Assembly (NCBI RefSeq): GCF_026626665.1
Contig: NZ_JAPNKE010000002.1
Coordinates: 1,421,204 to 1,485,203 of the forward strand
DNA from: Nannocystis pusilla
GTDB taxonomy: Bacteria; Myxococcota_A; Polyangia; Nannocystales; Nannocystaceae
Length of the DNA: 64,000 bases
Direction of reading: 5' to 3'
Shown here one piece after another: positions 63,617 through 64,000 of the stretch. Every line of letters starts with the position of its first letter. Position 1 is the stretch's first letter. Below the pieces are notes generated by a model. That model made no database searches. It saw only the letters and a program-made list of their open reading frames with translations, and was not told the DNA's origin. The translations under genes were made by a program, and so were the position numbers.

Positions 63617-64000
63617 ATGCCGACACCGAAGATGAAGCGAGATCTGGTCCTGAAGACGGGGGTCGCGGCGGGGCCCGTGGCCAACCTCGACATCGACCTG
63701 AACGCGTCGTTCACGACCGCGCTGACCGGGACGACGATCGTGTGGGAGGACGAGAGCTCGAGCGATCCCGAGGAGCAGACCAAGTTCAAGATGTCCTTCC
63801 TCAACGTCGGCGGCGCGAACGTCGGCGCCCTCACCATCAAGCTGGTCGGCAACCCGAGCCCCGACGTGCCGGCGACGGTGACCAAGACGGCCCGCCAGAT
63901 CACCGATCCGACGGCCAGCACCGGCACCGTGACCCTGCTCGACCCGGCCGACGACACCTTCGAGCGGGTGTGGCGGCAGGCGGTCAACAACTCGCGGGTC
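63617..64000 (+). CDS. Hypothetical protein, N-terminal part (3' end outside window)
   Basis: ATG at 63617 preceded by AGAAGG. The ORF is open to the window end (MPTPKMKRDLVLKTGVAAGP...). Confidence 0.35.
   Translation, partial: MPTPKMKRDLVLKTGVAAGPVANLDIDLNASFTTALTGTTIVWEDESSSDPEEQTKFKMSFLNVGGANVGALTIKLVGNPSPDVPATVTKTARQITDPTASTGTVTLLDPADDTFERVWRQAVNNSRV

Overview
This is a ~70% GC bacterial chromosomal segment with clear Myxococcales hallmarks: a MYXO-CTERM sorting tail, Myxococcus cysteine-rich repeats, an ADYC-domain lipoprotein, a DUF4388 protein, three eukaryotic-like Ser/Thr kinases and futalosine-pathway mqnB/mqnD genes. I can support about 58 protein-coding genes and no rRNA, tRNA or CRISPR.

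The main coding content is as follows.
- A 10-gene, translationally coupled minus-strand lipid operon spans 4360-15534. It encodes a HAD-like protein, a FAR-type acyl-CoA reductase, a thioester-reductase-type SDR, a pyruvyl-transferase-family protein, two acyl-activating enzymes, an enoyl-CoA hydratase, an ACP, a DAGK-like lipid kinase and an LPLAT acyltransferase. It looks like a split-gene relative of myxobacterial ether-lipid or fatty-alcohol (elb-type) machinery.
- A FAS-II-like mini-cluster (KAS, KS-N/CLF-like, hotdog dehydratase, FabG) sits next to a WxWxIP flavin-dependent halogenase-like gene.
- An HcnABC/opine-oxidase-like three-subunit flavoenzyme is present.
- An orphan ParE toxin is present.
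- Housekeeping genes include ung, pepA, glyA, yggS, maf, rluE, an MtaB-like MTTase and ygiQ.

The most striking non-coding signal is a dispersed family of short palindromic repeats built on a GGACATGTCC core, with at least 14 loci. Some form perfect 18-28 bp palindromes between convergent genes. Some form tandem arrays of 43-65 bp units. Three copies sit in frame inside coding sequences.

At least 11 genes show apparent one- or two-base frame shifts, mostly in G/C or T homopolymer runs. I interpret these as probable assembly or sequencing indels rather than true pseudogenes, but this is unverified.

All family assignments rest on motifs I recognise from the translated sequence, not on database searches.
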